Below, in pieces: positions 1 through 12,878 of a stretch of DNA of 64,000 nucleotides; positions within the stretch are counted from its first letter, which is position 1; each line of letters begins with the position of its first letter. The translations under genes and the position numbers were made by a program. The notes under the pieces are model-generated. The model was not told where the DNA came from and did not search any database. It saw only the letters and a program-made list of their open reading frames with translations. The stretch is from assembly GCF_054482595.1 (NCBI RefSeq), contig NZ_CM137008.1; one strand, written 5' to 3'.

Positions 1-593
1 CTATTACGCGGATTTTCTCGCTCAGTATTACCACCAACTGGCTGGGCTATATTTTACTGGCAGGGATTATCTTTACCGCAGGCGTGGTGGAGTTGCCGGA
101 CCACTGGTATGTCGATCAAACCACGCTGCGCATTCTCGGCATTGGCTTACTGATGATTATCGCGGTTTATTTGTGGTTTTGCGCTTTCGCGAAGCACCGC
201 CATATGACCATCAAAGGGCAAAAGTTGGTGCTGCCCTCATGGAAATTCGCCCTCGCCCAGATGCTGATTTCCAGCGTTAACTGGATGGTCATGGGAGCGA
301 TTATCTGGCTGTTACTTGGTCAAAGCGTGAACTATTTCTTTGTACTGGGCGTGTTGCTGGTTAGTAGTATTGCCGGCGTCATCGTGCATATTCCGGCGGG
401 GATTGGTGTGCTGGAAGCGGTATTTATCGCATTACTGGCAGGGGAGCATACATCCAAAGGCACAATTATCGCCGCCCTGCTCGCTTACCGTGTGCTGTAT
501 TACTTTATCCCGCTGCTGCTGGCGCTGATCTGTTACCTGTTGCTGGAAAGCCAGGCGAAGAAGCTACGGGCGAAAAATGAAGCGGCGATGTGA
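1..593 (+). CDS. ybhN: Inner membrane protein YbhN, C-terminal part (5' end upstream of window)
   Basis: Open frame from window edge to stop at 591-593; multi-TM hydrophobic translation; assignment by conserved K-12 gene order next to ybhM-ybhL-moa. Confidence 0.6.
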   Translation, partial: ITRIFSLSITTNWLGYILLAGIIFTAGVVELPDHWYVDQTTLRILGIGLLMIIAVYLWFCAFAKHRHMTIKGQKLVLPSWKFALAQMLISSVNWMVMGAIIWLLLGQSVNYFFVLGVLLVSSIAGVIVHIPAGIGVLEAVFIALLAGEHTSKGTIIAALLAYRVLYYFIPLLLALICYLLLESQAKKLRAKNEAAM

Positions 594-628
594 AGTTCAG
601 TTAAGTTCTTTAGTATGTGCATTTACGA

Positions 629-1342
629 CTAATGAAAAAAACGCGTATGCCTTTGCCAGACAAGCGTTATAGCTATCGCGGCAAGTATCCCAAAGAAGCC
701 GATAAAATAGTAATAGAGTGTTAATGCACCTGTAAAAGCGCAACGAACCGGACTCCACAACTCTTCACTATGGCATTTCCCCGCCAATTCAAGGAGCTTA
801 TTTCGTCCATGCGAGATAATGCCTGACCATAACACAATCATTAAGCAACTTATTACCCAAATGGGCCGTTCACTCATTAATGCGGCATTCACGATGATTA
901 CCAGGGCCAACCCTGTCAACGTCATCATAATCATAAAACGGTGAGAACCAGGATCAATATTAAATAATAAACCGGCCAGCATACTGATTAAAAACATCGC
1001 GCCCGCAGTGCTGAACACGACGATAATGGCAGGTACAGGAGCTAAACTAGCAACGACAATCGCCACCAAAGAGAGTAAAAACAGATATATTACGCCTGCG
1101 ATGGCGGCATTTATCTTGTTGATATCCTTACTTAAGCCATACATACAAAGTAATAATAACCCTATGGCGACATACATTGGTGGTGAATCATATTTGGTTG
1201 CCGTAATTTCGAGATACTTAGCACCCCAGGCCAGCCCTGCGGTTGCCACCAAACCTAAAGCGGTAATGAGCCATATACCGTTTAATATCCTGGTCTCGTG
1301 CTGAAAATCTAATTTATTGCTGTTTTGCAAGTATGATTCCAT
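629..1342 (-). CDS. ybhM: Inner membrane protein YbhM (237 aa)
   Basis: 237-aa ORF, polytopic membrane protein; size and position match K-12 ybhM. Confidence 0.65.
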   Translation of the reverse strand: MESYLQNSNKLDFQHETRILNGIWLITALGLVATAGLAWGAKYLEITATKYDSPPMYVAIGLLLLCMYGLSKDINKINAAIAGVIYLFLLSLVAIVVASLAPVPAIIVVFSTAGAMFLISMLAGLLFNIDPGSHRFMIMMTLTGLALVIIVNAALMSERPIWVISCLMIVLWSGIISHGRNKLLELAGKCHSEELWSPVRCAFTGALTLYYYFIGFFGILAAIAITLVWQRHTRFFH

Positions 1343-1549
1343 TCTTTTAGTTGTCCTTATAGAAAAATATTAATATTCATCATGAATAAATTTAAACCCA
1401 CGCATACAAAATACTTTTGTATTTATGGATACGGAAAACGCTTCCGCTCGGCCATAAGGCATATTTTATACCTGGTACTTGTTAAGTGTCGTTTTTAGTA
1501 AGAAAAAAAATCCCGACACATGGCCGGGATATTGATGGTGAAAAAAGAA

Positions 1550-2254
1550 TTAACGGCGGTTGCCAAAAATTCGCAGCAACATCAGGAACAGGTTGATGAA
1601 GTCCAGATACAAGGTTAACGCGCCAAGAATGGAATATTTGCGCAGGTTCGACGCGTCGCGGGTATCTATCTGCTCACCCATATTTTTCAGTTTCTGGGTG
1701 TCATACGCCGTCAATCCGACAAAGACAATCACGCCGATATAGGTGACTGCCCACATCAACGCTTCGCTTTTCAGCCAGAAGTTGACCAGCGATGCCAGCA
1801 CAATGCCGATTAACGCCATAAACAGCATATTGCCAAAGCCACTTAAATCGCGCTTCGTGGTGTAACCGTACAGGCTCATTGCGCCGAACATCCCGGCAGT
1901 AACGACGAAGGTACTGGCGATAGAAGCAGCGGTATAAACAATGAAAATACTGGAAAGCGTAAGACCCGTCAGCGCCGAATAAAGCATAAAGAGCATCGTC
2001 GTTACACCTGCGCTCAGCTTTTGAATCATCGCTGATAACACAATAACCAATGCTAATTGCGCGATGATCAGACCGATTAAAAAGACACGGTTAGTGAACA
2101 ACAGCTCCATCACGGCCGCGGAATTAGCCGCATACCAGGCAACAAATGCGGTCAGCAACAAGCCAACGGTCATCCAGCCATAGACTTGCGCCATATAAGT
2201 CTGCAAGCCAGCCCGGGGTTGTACAATTGAATCAGAACGTGGGAATCTGTCCAT
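1550..2254 (-). CDS. ybhL: Bax-inhibitor-1/YccA family inner membrane protein YbhL (234 aa)
   Basis: ORF 1550..2335 trimmed to internal ATG (MDRFPRSDS...) giving 234 aa; 7-TM profile; lies downstream of moaE as in K-12. Confidence 0.7.
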   Translation of the reverse strand: MDRFPRSDSIVQPRAGLQTYMAQVYGWMTVGLLLTAFVAWYAANSAAVMELLFTNRVFLIGLIIAQLALVIVLSAMIQKLSAGVTTMLFMLYSALTGLTLSSIFIVYTAASIASTFVVTAGMFGAMSLYGYTTKRDLSGFGNMLFMALIGIVLASLVNFWLKSEALMWAVTYIGVIVFVGLTAYDTQKLKNMGEQIDTRDASNLRKYSILGALTLYLDFINLFLMLLRIFGNRR

Positions 2255-2389
2255 GACGATCTCCTGAAGATATAAGGAATATCTTAAGGATACTGCAAAA
2301 TGATGAGGCTGTGCATCGACGCAGCGTAAACGCATGTACTGAGCGGTGAAATTGCCGGACGCAGCGGTGCCTTATCCGGCTAACAAAAA

Positions 2390-2842
2390 CTACCAGCGTT
2401 TTGCCGCCTGCTGATCGCTCTCCCGAGCTTCGACCCAGCGGTCGCCCTCCGGCGTGGCTTCGCGCTTCCAGAACGGTGCGCGGGTTTTGAGATAATCCAT
2501 AATAAACTGCCCGGCTTCAAACGCACTGCTGCGATGCGCACTGGTGACACCGACAAAAACGATTTCATCGCCCGGCCATAATTCCCCGATGCGGTGAATC
2601 ACCGTGACGCGCCCCAGCGGCCAGCGGTTACGCGCTTCATCGACAATTTCTGCCAGTGCTTTTTCAGTCATCCCCGGATAGTGTTCGAGGGTTAATGCTT
2701 TGACGCTGTCGCCCAGGTTATGGTTGCGCACCTTACCGGTAAAGGTGACTACCGCACCGTCTTCGTCACGCTCCGCCAGCCACGGGTACTCTTCTCCTAC
2801 GCTGAACGGCTGCGGACCAACAACAATTTTGGTTTCTGCCAT
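2390..2842 (-). CDS. moaE: Molybdopterin synthase catalytic subunit MoaE (150 aa)
   Basis: 150-aa ORF immediately after moaD; size and operon position. Confidence 0.9.
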   Translation of the reverse strand: MAETKIVVGPQPFSVGEEYPWLAERDEDGAVVTFTGKVRNHNLGDSVKALTLEHYPGMTEKALAEIVDEARNRWPLGRVTVIHRIGELWPGDEIVFVGVTSAHRSSAFEAGQFIMDYLKTRAPFWKREATPEGDRWVEARESDQQAAKRW

Positions 2843-2843
2843 C

Positions 2844-3089
2844 TTAACCTCCGGTTACCGGCGGGAAGAAAGCTACTTCGTCGCCGTCAGTCAGCGGATG
2901 GTCAAAACTCACCAGCGTCTGGTTGACGGCAGCCAGTAATTTGCCATCTTCCAGCGCCAGCGCCCAGCGATCGCTCTGCGCAGCCAGGTGCTGGCGTAAC
3001 GCTTCAACGGTTGGGAAATCCGCAGCCACTTCGGTTGCATCTGTTCCTACCAACTCGCGCACCTGGGCGAAAAAAAGAACTTTAATCAT
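2844..3089 (-). CDS. moaD: Molybdopterin synthase sulfur-carrier subunit MoaD (81 aa)
   Basis: ORF trimmed to [12 protein letters not shown]...; 81 aa ending in Gly-Gly (PVTGG) typical of MoaD/ThiS carriers. Confidence 0.9.
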
Positions 3090-3567
3090 CCGCTTCCACC
3101 TTAAAGTCACCCGACTTGCCGCCGCTCTTCGCCAGCAAACGTACCGGACCAATCACCATATCTTTTTGCACCGCTTTGCACATGTCATAAATGGTCAGCG
3201 CCGCCACGGAGGCCGCGGTTAACGCTTCCATTTCGACACCGGTTTTCCCGGTCAGGCGGCATAAGGTTTCTATACGCACCCGATTGTGCTCCGGCTCGGC
3301 CTGTAAATTGACTTCAACTTTGCTGAGCATCAGCGGATGACACAGCGGGATCAGATCCCAGGTGCGTTTTGCCGCCTGAATACCGGCAATACGCGCAGTG
3401 GCAAATACGTCGCCTTTGTGGTGGCGACCATCAATAATCATCGCCAGCGTCTCGCTGCGCATGGTGACAAAGGCTTCCGCCCGCGCTTCACGCACGGTTT
3501 CCGCTTTGGCGGAGACATCCACCATGTGCGCTTCGCCAGCGGCGTTGATATGGGTCAGTTGCGACAT
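3082..3567 (-). CDS. moaC: Cyclic pyranopterin monophosphate synthase MoaC (161 aa)
   Basis: 161-aa ORF in moaABCDE order; overlaps moaD start by 8 nt. Confidence 0.9.
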
Positions 3568-3569
3568 AC

Positions 3570-4082
3570 TTATTTCTTCAAATGTGGATGGAAATTACAC
3601 GGACGCGTACGGGCATCCAGCTGCGGCGCGATGATATTTTCCCATGCGGTACGGCACGCTTTGGTCGAACCCGGCATGGCGAAAATCAGCGTTTTGTTAG
3701 CGACGCCCGCTACCGCACGAGATTGCAACGTGGAAGTGCCAATCTCTTCAAACGACAACATACGGAACACTTCACCAAAACCTTCAACTTCACGGTCGAA
3801 CAACGGCAGCAATGCTTCGGGAGCCTGATCACCTTCCGTCAGGCCAGTCCCCCCCGTAATCAACACCACTTGTACATCGTCGCTGGCGATCCACGCAGAT
3901 ACCTGAGCGCGAATAGCGTAGCGGTTTTCTTTCACAATGGCTTTATCGACAACGTGATGGCCCGCTTCTTGCGCCGAATCGCGCAAATAGTGACCGGAGG
4001 TATCGTCTTCTTCACCGCGACGATTAGAAACCGTAAGAATAGCAATACGGGTCGGGATAAATTCAGTGCTTACCTGACTCAT
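3570..4082 (-). CDS. moaB: Molybdenum cofactor biosynthesis protein MoaB (170 aa)
   Basis: 170-aa ORF, MogA/MoaB-like translation, between moaA and moaC. Confidence 0.9.
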
Positions 4083-4103
4083 CTGATCTCTCCTTTTGAC
4101 GTT

Positions 4104-5093
4104 TTAGCCGCCAATGTACGATAAGTTTTGCGTAATACCGGTGTTGTTTTGATGCAGGAAATGGGTCTGTTTCTTCTCCCGCAGCGCCGCTGAAATACGC
4201 GCTTCCAGCACCTGTTGCTGGGTATCGTCTTCCAGCAGATCGCGCAGGTTAACGCCGCCTTCACCAAACAGGCAGAGATGGAGTTTACCAATGGAGGAAA
4301 CGCGCAGACGGTTGCAAGTGGCGCAGAAGTCTTTTTCATACGGCATGATAAGGCCAATCTCTCCGGCGTAATCCGGATGACAAAAGACTTGCGCGGGACC
4401 GTCGCTGCGTTGACGTAATTGGTGGATCCAGCCGCGACGCAGTAGCTCGTCACGCAGAACCTGACCAGAGATGTGATGCTTACGGAAGAGCTCGCTGCCC
4501 TCGCCCGTTTCCATCAGTTCGATGAAACGCAGCTGGATAGGGCGATGCTGGATCCAGTTCAGAAAGGTGTCGAGCTGGTGATGATTAACATCACGCATCA
4601 GCACGGTATTGACTTTGACCTTCTCAAAACCGGCCTCAAATGCAGCATCAATCCCTGCCATGACCTGGTTGAATTTATCCTGCCCGGTAATAGCGTGAAA
4701 CTGGCGGGCGTCCAGACTATCAACGCTGACGTTGATGCCAGTAAGTCCAGCATCGCGCCAGTTCGCCACATCGCGTTCCAGACGGTAACCATTGGTGGTG
4801 ACCGCTATCTGGCGAATAGCGTCGTTTTCTCGCACAGCGGCGATGATATCGGTAAAGTCGCGGCGTAAAGACGGCTCACCGCCTGTCAGGCGCACTTTTT
4901 CGGTGCCCAGACTGGCGAAGGCGCGCGTAACCCGGCGAATTTCATCGACGGTCAGAAAGCCTTTATTGGTGACGCCGCTCGGTTTGTAGCCATCCGGCAG
5001 GCAGTAGGTGCAACGAAAGTTACACACATCGGTAATCGACAGGCGCAAGTAGTAAAACTTACGCGCAAATGCATCAGTCAGTTGTGAAGCCAT
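4104..5093 (-). CDS. moaA: GTP 3',8-cyclase MoaA, radical SAM (329 aa)
   Basis: ORF trimmed to MASQLTDAF...; CNFRCTYC radical-SAM cysteine motif near N-terminus; 329 aa. Confidence 0.92.
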   Translation of the reverse strand: MASQLTDAFARKFYYLRLSITDVCNFRCTYCLPDGYKPSGVTNKGFLTVDEIRRVTRAFASLGTEKVRLTGGEPSLRRDFTDIIAAVRENDAIRQIAVTTNGYRLERDVANWRDAGLTGINVSVDSLDARQFHAITGQDKFNQVMAGIDAAFEAGFEKVKVNTVLMRDVNHHQLDTFLNWIQHRPIQLRFIELMETGEGSELFRKHHISGQVLRDELLRRGWIHQLRQRSDGPAQVFCHPDYAGEIGLIMPYEKDFCATCNRLRVSSIGKLHLCLFGEGGVNLRDLLEDDTQQQVLEARISAALREKKQTHFLHQNNTGITQNLSYIGG

Positions 5094-5240
5094 GTACACC
5101 TTTCCAGATACGGGAGGCGAAGTCATTTCTTCCTTCGCCCTGGTGGCAATCTTTACGAGCATTGTCACGGCCAAAGCACCATATCAGTTGACCCAGGTGC
5201 AGAGGCTAGAGTGTTTAGTGGTTAAGCCGATACTAGCGTG
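5094..5240 (-). ncRNA. moaA 5' leader, expected location of the Moco riboswitch
   Basis: Long untranslated leader upstream of moaA; the riboswitch is placed by established knowledge of the E. coli moaA leader, its conserved fold was not verified here. Confidence 0.35.
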
Positions 5241-5429
5241 TAAATGAGATTTTTACCATCCACACTTTCGCTATGTAATCATGTATATAGCGTCATGATC
5301 GTGCTATTTCGCTACAGAATAAGGGAAAATGGCGGTTTTACTTTGATATACATCATCAGGGAGGCATAGCGTGCATCGTCCTTTAGAGGTAGAAGAAAAT
5401 AGTTTGTATCCTCAATATTGGCAGGTTAA

Positions 5430-6398
<969 letters not shown>

Positions 6399-6455
6399 CG
6401 GAAATCCGAAGGAAAACTCCGGCTTCCTGTTGAAGACAAAGTGCGCGTTGTTTAT

Positions 6456-6552
6456 GCCGGATGCGGCGTGAACGCCTTATCCGGCCTACAAACCGCGCTA
6501 ATTCAATGTATTGCAGAATCATGTAGGCCTGATAAGCGTAGCACATCAGGCA
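6456..6552. repeat. REP/BIME element (two inverted REP units)
   Basis: gccggatgcggcgtgaacgccttatccggcctaca and inverted tgtaggcctgataagcgtagcacatcaggca between ybhK and uvrB. Confidence 0.8.
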
Positions 6553-6588
6553 ATTTTGCTTTTGTCATCTGTCTTCTTCGTTATCCTG

Positions 6589-8610
6589 TCACGAAGCCGC
6601 GATAAACAATTCACGCAGCTGATGCAACTGGTCACGAATTTGTGCCGCTTCTTCGAACTCCAGATTCTGCGCGTGTTGCATCATTAACCCTTCCAGCTCA
6701 TGGATTTTCTGTTGCAACGCTTTAGGCGACATATCCATCGGCACATTATCCGGCTCAACAATCGGTCGCGATTTTCCTCTGCCCTTCGCTTTGGTTTTAG
6801 CAATGTTCTGCCCCAACGCCAGGATATCGACCACTTTCTTGTTCAAGCCTTGCGGCGTAATGCCGTGTTCCTCGTTGTACTTCTGCTGTTTCTCGCGGCG
6901 ACGTTCGGTTTCGCCAATCGCTTTCGCCATTGATGGGGTGATCTTATCGCCGTAGAGAATCGCTTTACCGTTAACGTTACGTGCCGCACGACCAATGGTC
7001 TGGATCAACGAACGTTCGGAACGCAGGAAGCCTTCTTTGTCAGCGTCGAGGATCGCCACCAGCGAAACCTCCGGCATATCCAGACCTTCGCGCAGTAAGT
7101 TGATCCCCACCAGCACGTCGAACTCACCCAGACGCAAGTCGCGGATAATCTCCATACGTTCGACGGTGTCGATATCCGAGTGAAGATAACGCACGCGCTC
7201 GCCATGTTCTTCGAGATATTCGGTGAGATCTTCCGCCATCCGCTTGGTGAGTGTGGTGACCAGTACGCGTTCGTTAATTGCCGCTCGCTGACGAATCTCC
7301 GAAAGAAGATCATCAACCTGTGTCGCCACTGGCCGCACTTCGATAATCGGATCAAGCAATCCGGTTGGACGCACCACCTGATCCACCACATCGCCGCCGG
7401 ATTTTTCCAGCTCATAATTACCTGGCGTCGCCGAAACATAGATGGTTTGCGGCGCTAATGCTTCGAACTCTTCAAATTTCAGCGGACGGTTATCCAGCGC
7501 TGATGGCAGGCGGAAGCCGTACTCCACCAGTGTCTCTTTACGCGCCCGGTCACCGCGATACATGCCGCCAATTTGTGGAATGGTGACGTGAGATTCATCG
7601 ACCACCAGCAGCCCATCGGCAGGCAGGTAATCAAACAGCGTCGGCGGTGGCTCACCCGGTCCACGACCAGAGAGGAAGCGCGAGTAGTTTTCAATCCCCG
7701 AACAGTAGCCCAGCTCGTTCATCATCTCCAGATCAAACTGGGTACGCTGGGTCAGCCGCTGCTCTTCCAGCAGTTTGTTGTTTTCCAACAGCACTTTGCG
7801 TCTGGCGGCCAGCTCTTCTTTGATCTCCTCCATCGCCTGTACGATGCGCTCGCGCGGTGTGACGTAGTGCGTTTTCGGGTAGATGGTAAAACGTGGAATA
7901 GTGGAAACAATCTGCCCGGTCAGCGGGTCAAATAACGACAATCGTTCCACTTCCTCGTCAAACAGTTCCACGCGAAGTGCAATGTCATCCGATTCTGCCG
8001 GGAATATATCAATCACCTCGCCACGAACGCGGAAAGTACCGCGCTGGAATGCCTGATCATTACGAGCGTATTGCAGCTCCGCCAGTCGGCGCAGAATCGC
8101 GCGCTGATCGATAATCATACCGACCGTGAGATGGAGCATCATCTTGAGATATAAATCAGGATCGCCCAGACCATAAATCGCGGAAACAGACGCGACCACA
8201 ACCACATCACGCCGCTCCAGCATCGCTTTGGTGGCGGACAAACGCATCTGTTCGATATGTTCGTTTACCGAGGCATCTTTCTCAATGAAGGTGTCGGAAC
8301 TCGGTACATAGGCTTCTGGCTGATAGTAGTCGTAGTAGGAGACGAAATATTCCACCGCGTTTTCCGGGAAGAACTCTTTCATTTCGCCATACAGCTGGGC
8401 CGCCAGCGTTTTGTTGGGCGCAAGTACCATGGTAGGGCGCTGAAGGTCAGCAATGACATTGGCAATGGTGAAGGTTTTCCCGGAACCAGTCACACCAAGT
8501 AACGTCTGGTGCGCCAGGCCATCTTCCAGCCCCTCTTCGAGACGTCGAATCGCCTCTGGCTGATCGCCAGAAGGTTTAAAAGCGGAATTCAGTTTGAACG
8601 GTTTACTCAT
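6589..8610 (-). CDS. uvrB: Excinuclease ABC subunit B UvrB (673 aa)
   Basis: 673-aa ORF; Walker A GVTGSGKT; helicase motifs; C-terminal UvrC-interaction region. Confidence 0.95.
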
Positions 8611-8684
8611 GAGTCGCTACCTGAAGGAGTTGGGCGGGCAGGTATGTAATTTTACTCGTCGTACTTAATTATGCCAACAAATTA

Positions 8685-8704
8685 TACTGGATAAAAAAAC
8701 AGTT
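8685..8704. promoter_or_regulatory. LexA (SOS) box of the uvrB promoter
   Basis: tactggataaaaaaacagtt = CTG-N10-CAG LexA consensus upstream of uvrB start. Confidence 0.75.
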
Positions 8705-9006
8705 CATCACCATAATATTTCTGTTACAGCGTAAACTCCGCTGTCAATCATGAGCAAAATTTACTCTGTGGCGAGATAAAACTCGGACCTTACCGGGTTA
8801 TCCCCAAAGCAACGGCTTTTTTAACATTTGTCAAGATGAGTGATGTCAGTTTTATGGCAAGAGATGCCTGTTCAGTGACTGCCATTGCAATTATCTAACC
8901 AGTTAAAAAATAAAAGATATTTCTTTGAGCCGTCTTTAACGCCAATTCGCGTGCAAGCCGCGTATTCTCTCGCTTGCCTCGTGTTTTCTAACTCTAATAC
9001 ACATGG

Positions 9007-9029
9007 TTATCCACAGGAATAGTGGATAA
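9007..9029. promoter_or_regulatory. Inverted pair of DnaA boxes in uvrB upstream region
   Basis: ttatccaca ggaat agtggataa; two TTATNCACA-type boxes in inverted orientation. Confidence 0.5.
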
Positions 9030-9188
9030 CTGTCTGCAGCCCCTATCCCCCGCCGCCTGGGCAATTCCCACATTCGCCGCATGATGCGGAAGTAAAATTT
9101 TTTTCATGATTATTTTAGAATTTAATTGGTTAAATTGCAGTCAATCGAAGACGCGATCTCGCTCGCAATTTAACCAAATACAGGATGG

Positions 9189-9866
9189 CTACAACAAGGC
9201 AAGGTTTATGTACTTTCCGGTTGCCGCATTTTCTGGATTTTCTGCAAGCCAGGGGATCTCTCCCAGCAGCGGCGCGGGAATCATGCGGGTGAGCGTGGTC
9301 ATATATTCAGCGTGACGTTTTCCCGGAGGCGTGACATCATTCGCCACCCAACCCGCCAGCGTCAGTCCGGCGTGTTGTATTGCCTGTGCAGTCAACATCG
9401 CGTGATTAATACAGCCGAGTTTCACGCCAACCACCAGTATTACCGGCAGTTGTTCCTGTGTTACCCAATCCGCAAAAGTGAAAGTGTCGGAAAGGGGCGT
9501 AAACCAGCCGCCAGCGCCTTCCACTAACACCCAGTCAGCCTGTTGTTCAAGCGCGCGTAATCCGGCGCTCATTACCGATGATTCTATCGGCCTGCCCTCT
9601 TGCGCGCTGATGATGTGCGGTGAGGTGGGTTCTGCGAAGGTGTAAGGATTTACCGTTGCGTAATCCAGCAGAAGGCTGCTGTTGCGCTGTAACGCCAACG
9701 CGTCACTATTACGTAAACCCTCCGGGGTCTTTTCGCTGCCAGAGGCGACCGGTTTATAACCTGCCGTCCGATAACCTACTGCCTTTGCGGCTTGTAAAAG
9801 TGCACAACTGGCGACAGTTTTCCCCACTTCGGTATCCGTTCCGGTGACAAAATAACGTTTACTCAC
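9189..9866 (-). CDS. bioD: Dethiobiotin synthetase BioD (225 aa, GTG start)
   Basis: ORF 9189..9872; K-12-like N-terminus [19 protein letters not shown] preceded by GTG at 9864-9866; P-loop GTDTEVGKT. Confidence 0.9.
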   Translation of the reverse strand: MSKRYFVTGTDTEVGKTVASCALLQAAKAVGYRTAGYKPVASGSEKTPEGLRNSDALALQRNSSLLLDYATVNPYTFAEPTSPHIISAQEGRPIESSVMSAGLRALEQQADWVLVEGAGGWFTPLSDTFTFADWVTQEQLPVILVVGVKLGCINHAMLTAQAIQHAGLTLAGWVANDVTPPGKRHAEYMTTLTRMIPAPLLGEIPWLAENPENAATGKYINLALL

Positions 9867-10614
9867 GAACAATCACTCCCAAAAAAAGATGATACGTCAG
9901 AGGATATCGCCCCTGTTGTTGCGGCCAGGCCAGTTGCAATCGCTGCAACTGTGAACGCGTTAATATTCGCTGGTCGCGCCCTTCATGAAGATGCGTGGCA
10001 CCGATGCCTTTCAGCGAACGCATGGCACTGAGCGCATCATCAAACCACAGCGTGATGGGCTGAATATGATGTCGATAATGCACGCCGTTCAGTGACTGTT
10101 CGATTTCATCTGGCGGTAAAAAGCGATTAGCATGCGGGCGCTCGTCCACCGCCTGCCACGCCTGATGCAGTTCGGGTAACGATCCCTGCACCAGCGTGGT
10201 AAACGCGACCACGCCTCCGGGGCGCACCACCCGATACAGCTCGCGGAGTGCCGTTGATAAATTACCGCACCACTGCACCGCGAGATTGCTCCATGCAAGA
10301 TCGAACGTCGCAGTCGCTAACGGCAGGGATTCGATATCTCCCGCCAGATAATGGTCTGCAGCATCTTTCTGGCGGGCTTGCGCAAGCATTGGCGGCGAGA
10401 GATCTAACGCCGTCACCTGCGCGTGACGCTCTCGCCAGTGGCGGCTCATCCAGCCAGGCCCACACCCCGCGTCCAGTACGTGGGTGTATTTACGCTGTGG
10501 GAGCATTGCCAGTAAGACATCAGCACTCTGGCGCTGTAACTCTGCGTGTTGCTCATAGTGCGCGGCTGCCCGACCAAATGCCGCTGCAATGGCTTGTTTA
10601 TTAACCGTTGCCAT
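9859..10614 (-). CDS. bioC: Malonyl-ACP O-methyltransferase BioC (251 aa)
   Basis: ORF trimmed to [17 protein letters not shown]...; SAM-binding LDAGCGPG motif. Confidence 0.9.
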   Translation of the reverse strand: MATVNKQAIAAAFGRAAAHYEQHAELQRQSADVLLAMLPQRKYTHVLDAGCGPGWMSRHWRERHAQVTALDLSPPMLAQARQKDAADHYLAGDIESLPLATATFDLAWSNLAVQWCGNLSTALRELYRVVRPGGVVAFTTLVQGSLPELHQAWQAVDERPHANRFLPPDEIEQSLNGVHYRHHIQPITLWFDDALSAMRSLKGIGATHLHEGRDQRILTRSQLQRLQLAWPQQQGRYPLTYHLFLGVIVRE

Positions 10615-11755
10615 GCAGCACCTCCAGCAGACGGTCGATATCCTGCATTTCATGCGCTGCGGTTAGCGTTAAGCGCAGTCGCGCAGTACCAGAGGGTACG
10701 GTTGGCGGGCGAATCGCCGTGACCCGGCAGCCTTGCTGGCGCAGTTTTTCTGCCAGTTGTAACGCACGGCTGTTATCACCGACGATCAATGGCTGGATGG
10801 CGCTGCATGAATCAGCAAGCGTAAACGGCAAATCCTGTACTCCGGCACGAAAACGCGTAATGAGTGCCGCCAGTTTTTCGCGCCGTGCATCACCCTCATC
10901 ACTGCGAATTACCGCCAGTGACGCACGTAATGCCTGCGCCTGAGCGGGCGGCATACTGGTGCTGTAGATAAGATGGCGGGCGAATTGCAGCAGATAATCC
11001 GCCACCGTACTGGAGCAAAGCACCGCAGCCCCGCTGACGCCAAATCCTTTGCCAAAAGTCACTACCAGCAATTCTGGTTTTACCTTTTTCAACCAGCAGG
11101 TGCCGCGCCCCTGCTCCCCGATAACGCCCGTGCCGTGGGCATCATCGACCATCAACCAGCCATTGTGCTGTTGCGTTACCTGCTGGATTTCCGCCAGTGG
11201 CGCACTATCGCCGTCCATGCTGAACACGCCTTCTGTCACCACCAGTTGCTGCCCCGGACAGGGGGAAGCAAGCAGTCGCGCCAGATGAGTGACATCGTTA
11301 TGAAAAAAACGGCGAAGCTGCGACGGGCTTAAACTGGCAGCCTCCAGCAATGAGGCATGGCTTAGCCGGTCAGCGACAATGCGGTCCTCTTTTGCCATCA
11401 TCGCGGCAATGACCGCCTGATTAGCGGCAAAACCAGAGATAAACAGCAGTGCCCGCGAATAGCCCAGCCACTCGGCCAGTTCTTCTTCCAGCGCCTGATG
11501 TGCCACGCTATAACCGCTGACGTGACCGGAGCCGCCGCTACCGACGCCAAATTGCTCCGCCCCCTGCTTCCAGGCACGGATAATTTGCGGATGATGGCTT
11601 AAACCTAAATAATCGTTACTGGAAAAGTTCAGATACTGGCGATCGTCCGCCACCAGCCAGCGTCCGGCTCCTTGCGCCACTGGATAACGGCGACGCAGGG
11701 CATCGGCAGCACGCCGCGCATCGAGCGCCGCGTTGATTTTCTCCTGCCAGCTCAT
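10601..11755 (-). CDS. bioF: 8-amino-7-oxononanoate synthase BioF (384 aa)
   Basis: 384-aa PLP-dependent aminotransferase class II translation in bio operon order. Confidence 0.92.
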   Translation of the reverse strand: MSWQEKINAALDARRAADALRRRYPVAQGAGRWLVADDRQYLNFSSNDYLGLSHHPQIIRAWKQGAEQFGVGSGGSGHVSGYSVAHQALEEELAEWLGYSRALLFISGFAANQAVIAAMMAKEDRIVADRLSHASLLEAASLSPSQLRRFFHNDVTHLARLLASPCPGQQLVVTEGVFSMDGDSAPLAEIQQVTQQHNGWLMVDDAHGTGVIGEQGRGTCWLKKVKPELLVVTFGKGFGVSGAAVLCSSTVADYLLQFARHLIYSTSMPPAQAQALRASLAVIRSDEGDARREKLAALITRFRAGVQDLPFTLADSCSAIQPLIVGDNSRALQLAEKLRQQGCRVTAIRPPTVPSGTARLRLTLTAAHEMQDIDRLLEVLHGNG

Positions 11756-12792
11756 AGTGCTGCCGCGTTGTAATATTCGTCAGTGTCCGGGGTCATCAGT
11801 GCCTGTTCCAGACGCTGCTGTTGTTCGTTATCGCCCGCCAGCACGGCAGTTTGCTGCGGATTTAGCCCCAGTTTGCGGAACAGTTGCAGGTCTTTATCTT
11901 CTTCCGGATTCGGCGTGGTTAGCAGTTTACAACCGTAGAAAATCGAGTTTGCGCCAGCCATAAAGCACATTGCCTGAGTCTGTTCGTTCATCTGCTCGCG
12001 TCCGGCAGAAAGGCGTACGTAAGAGGTCGGCATCATGATCCGCGCTACGGCAATGGTGCGAATAAAATCAAAGGCATCGACATCATCGTTATCCGCCAGC
12101 GGCGTGCCTTTCACCTTCACCAGCATGTTGATTGGTACGCTTTCCGGCGGCGTCGGCAGGTTTGCCAGTTGCAGCAATAATCCGGCGCGATCTTTTACCG
12201 TTTCGCCTAAGCCCACAATCCCACCTGAGCAGACTTTGATCCCGGCATCGCGCACTTTTTCCAGCGTATCGAGGCGTTCCTGATAAGTGCGTGTGGTGAT
12301 GATATTGCCGTAAAACTCCGGCGAGGTGTCGAGGTTGTGGTTGTAGTAATCCAGCCCGGCGTTCGCAAGGCGCTGCGCCTGAGATTCACTCAACGTGCCC
12401 AGCGTCATACACGCCTCCAGCCCCATCGCTTTTACCCCCTGCACCATTTGTTCCAGGTACGGCATATCGCGTTCGTGGGGATTCTTCCACGCCGCGCCCA
12501 TACAGAAACGCGTCGATCCTGCCGCTTTCGCTTTGCGCGCCGACTCCAGCACCTGTTCAACTTCCATCAACCTCTCGGCTTCCAGCCCGGTTTTGTAGCG
12601 CGAGCTTTGCGGGCAGTATTTGCAATCTTCCGGACAAGCTCCGGTCTTAATCGACAGCAACGTGCTGACCTGCACCTGACGAGGATCGAAATGCTGGCGA
12701 TGGACCTGCTGCGCTTCAAACAGCAGATCCAGCAACGGTTTTTCAAATAATTCTGTGACTTGCGACAATGTCCAGCGTGGGCGGTGAGCCAT
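11752..12792 (-). CDS. bioB: Biotin synthase BioB (346 aa)
   Basis: 346-aa ORF; radical [11 protein letters not shown] motif; first gene of bioBFCD. Confidence 0.95.
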   Translation of the reverse strand: MAHRPRWTLSQVTELFEKPLLDLLFEAQQVHRQHFDPRQVQVSTLLSIKTGACPEDCKYCPQSSRYKTGLEAERLMEVEQVLESARKAKAAGSTRFCMGAAWKNPHERDMPYLEQMVQGVKAMGLEACMTLGTLSESQAQRLANAGLDYYNHNLDTSPEFYGNIITTRTYQERLDTLEKVRDAGIKVCSGGIVGLGETVKDRAGLLLQLANLPTPPESVPINMLVKVKGTPLADNDDVDAFDFIRTIAVARIMMPTSYVRLSAGREQMNEQTQAMCFMAGANSIFYGCKLLTTPNPEEDKDLQLFRKLGLNPQQTAVLAGDNEQQQRLEQALMTPDTDEYYNAAAL

Positions 12793-12836
12793 GGGGCTTC
12801 TCCAAAACGTGTTTTTTGTTGTTAATTCGGTGTAGA

Positions 12837-12876
12837 CTTGTAAACCTAAATCTTTTCAATTTGGTTTACAAGTCGA
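12837..12876. promoter_or_regulatory. bio operator (BirA binding palindrome) between divergent bioA and bioBFCD promoters
   Basis: ttgtaaacctaaatcttttcaatttggtttacaag; imperfect palindrome TTGTAAACC...GGTTTACAA. Confidence 0.8.
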
Positions 12877-12878
12877 TT

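Noticed and set aside
4104-5174. Extended N-termini in the ORF track (moaA 356 aa, moaD 102 aa, bioC 264 aa, ybhL 261 aa, ybhK 322 aa, ybhJ 761 aa, cro, cII, Rz1)
   Set aside because: Upstream in-frame codons lack RBSs and exceed the known protein lengths; starts were moved to internal ATG/GTG matching K-12 or phage homologues.
7005-7935. ORFs nested in uvrB (144, 92, 73, 71, 120 aa)
   Set aside because: Fully inside uvrB in alternative frames or strands; no RBS or known homologue.
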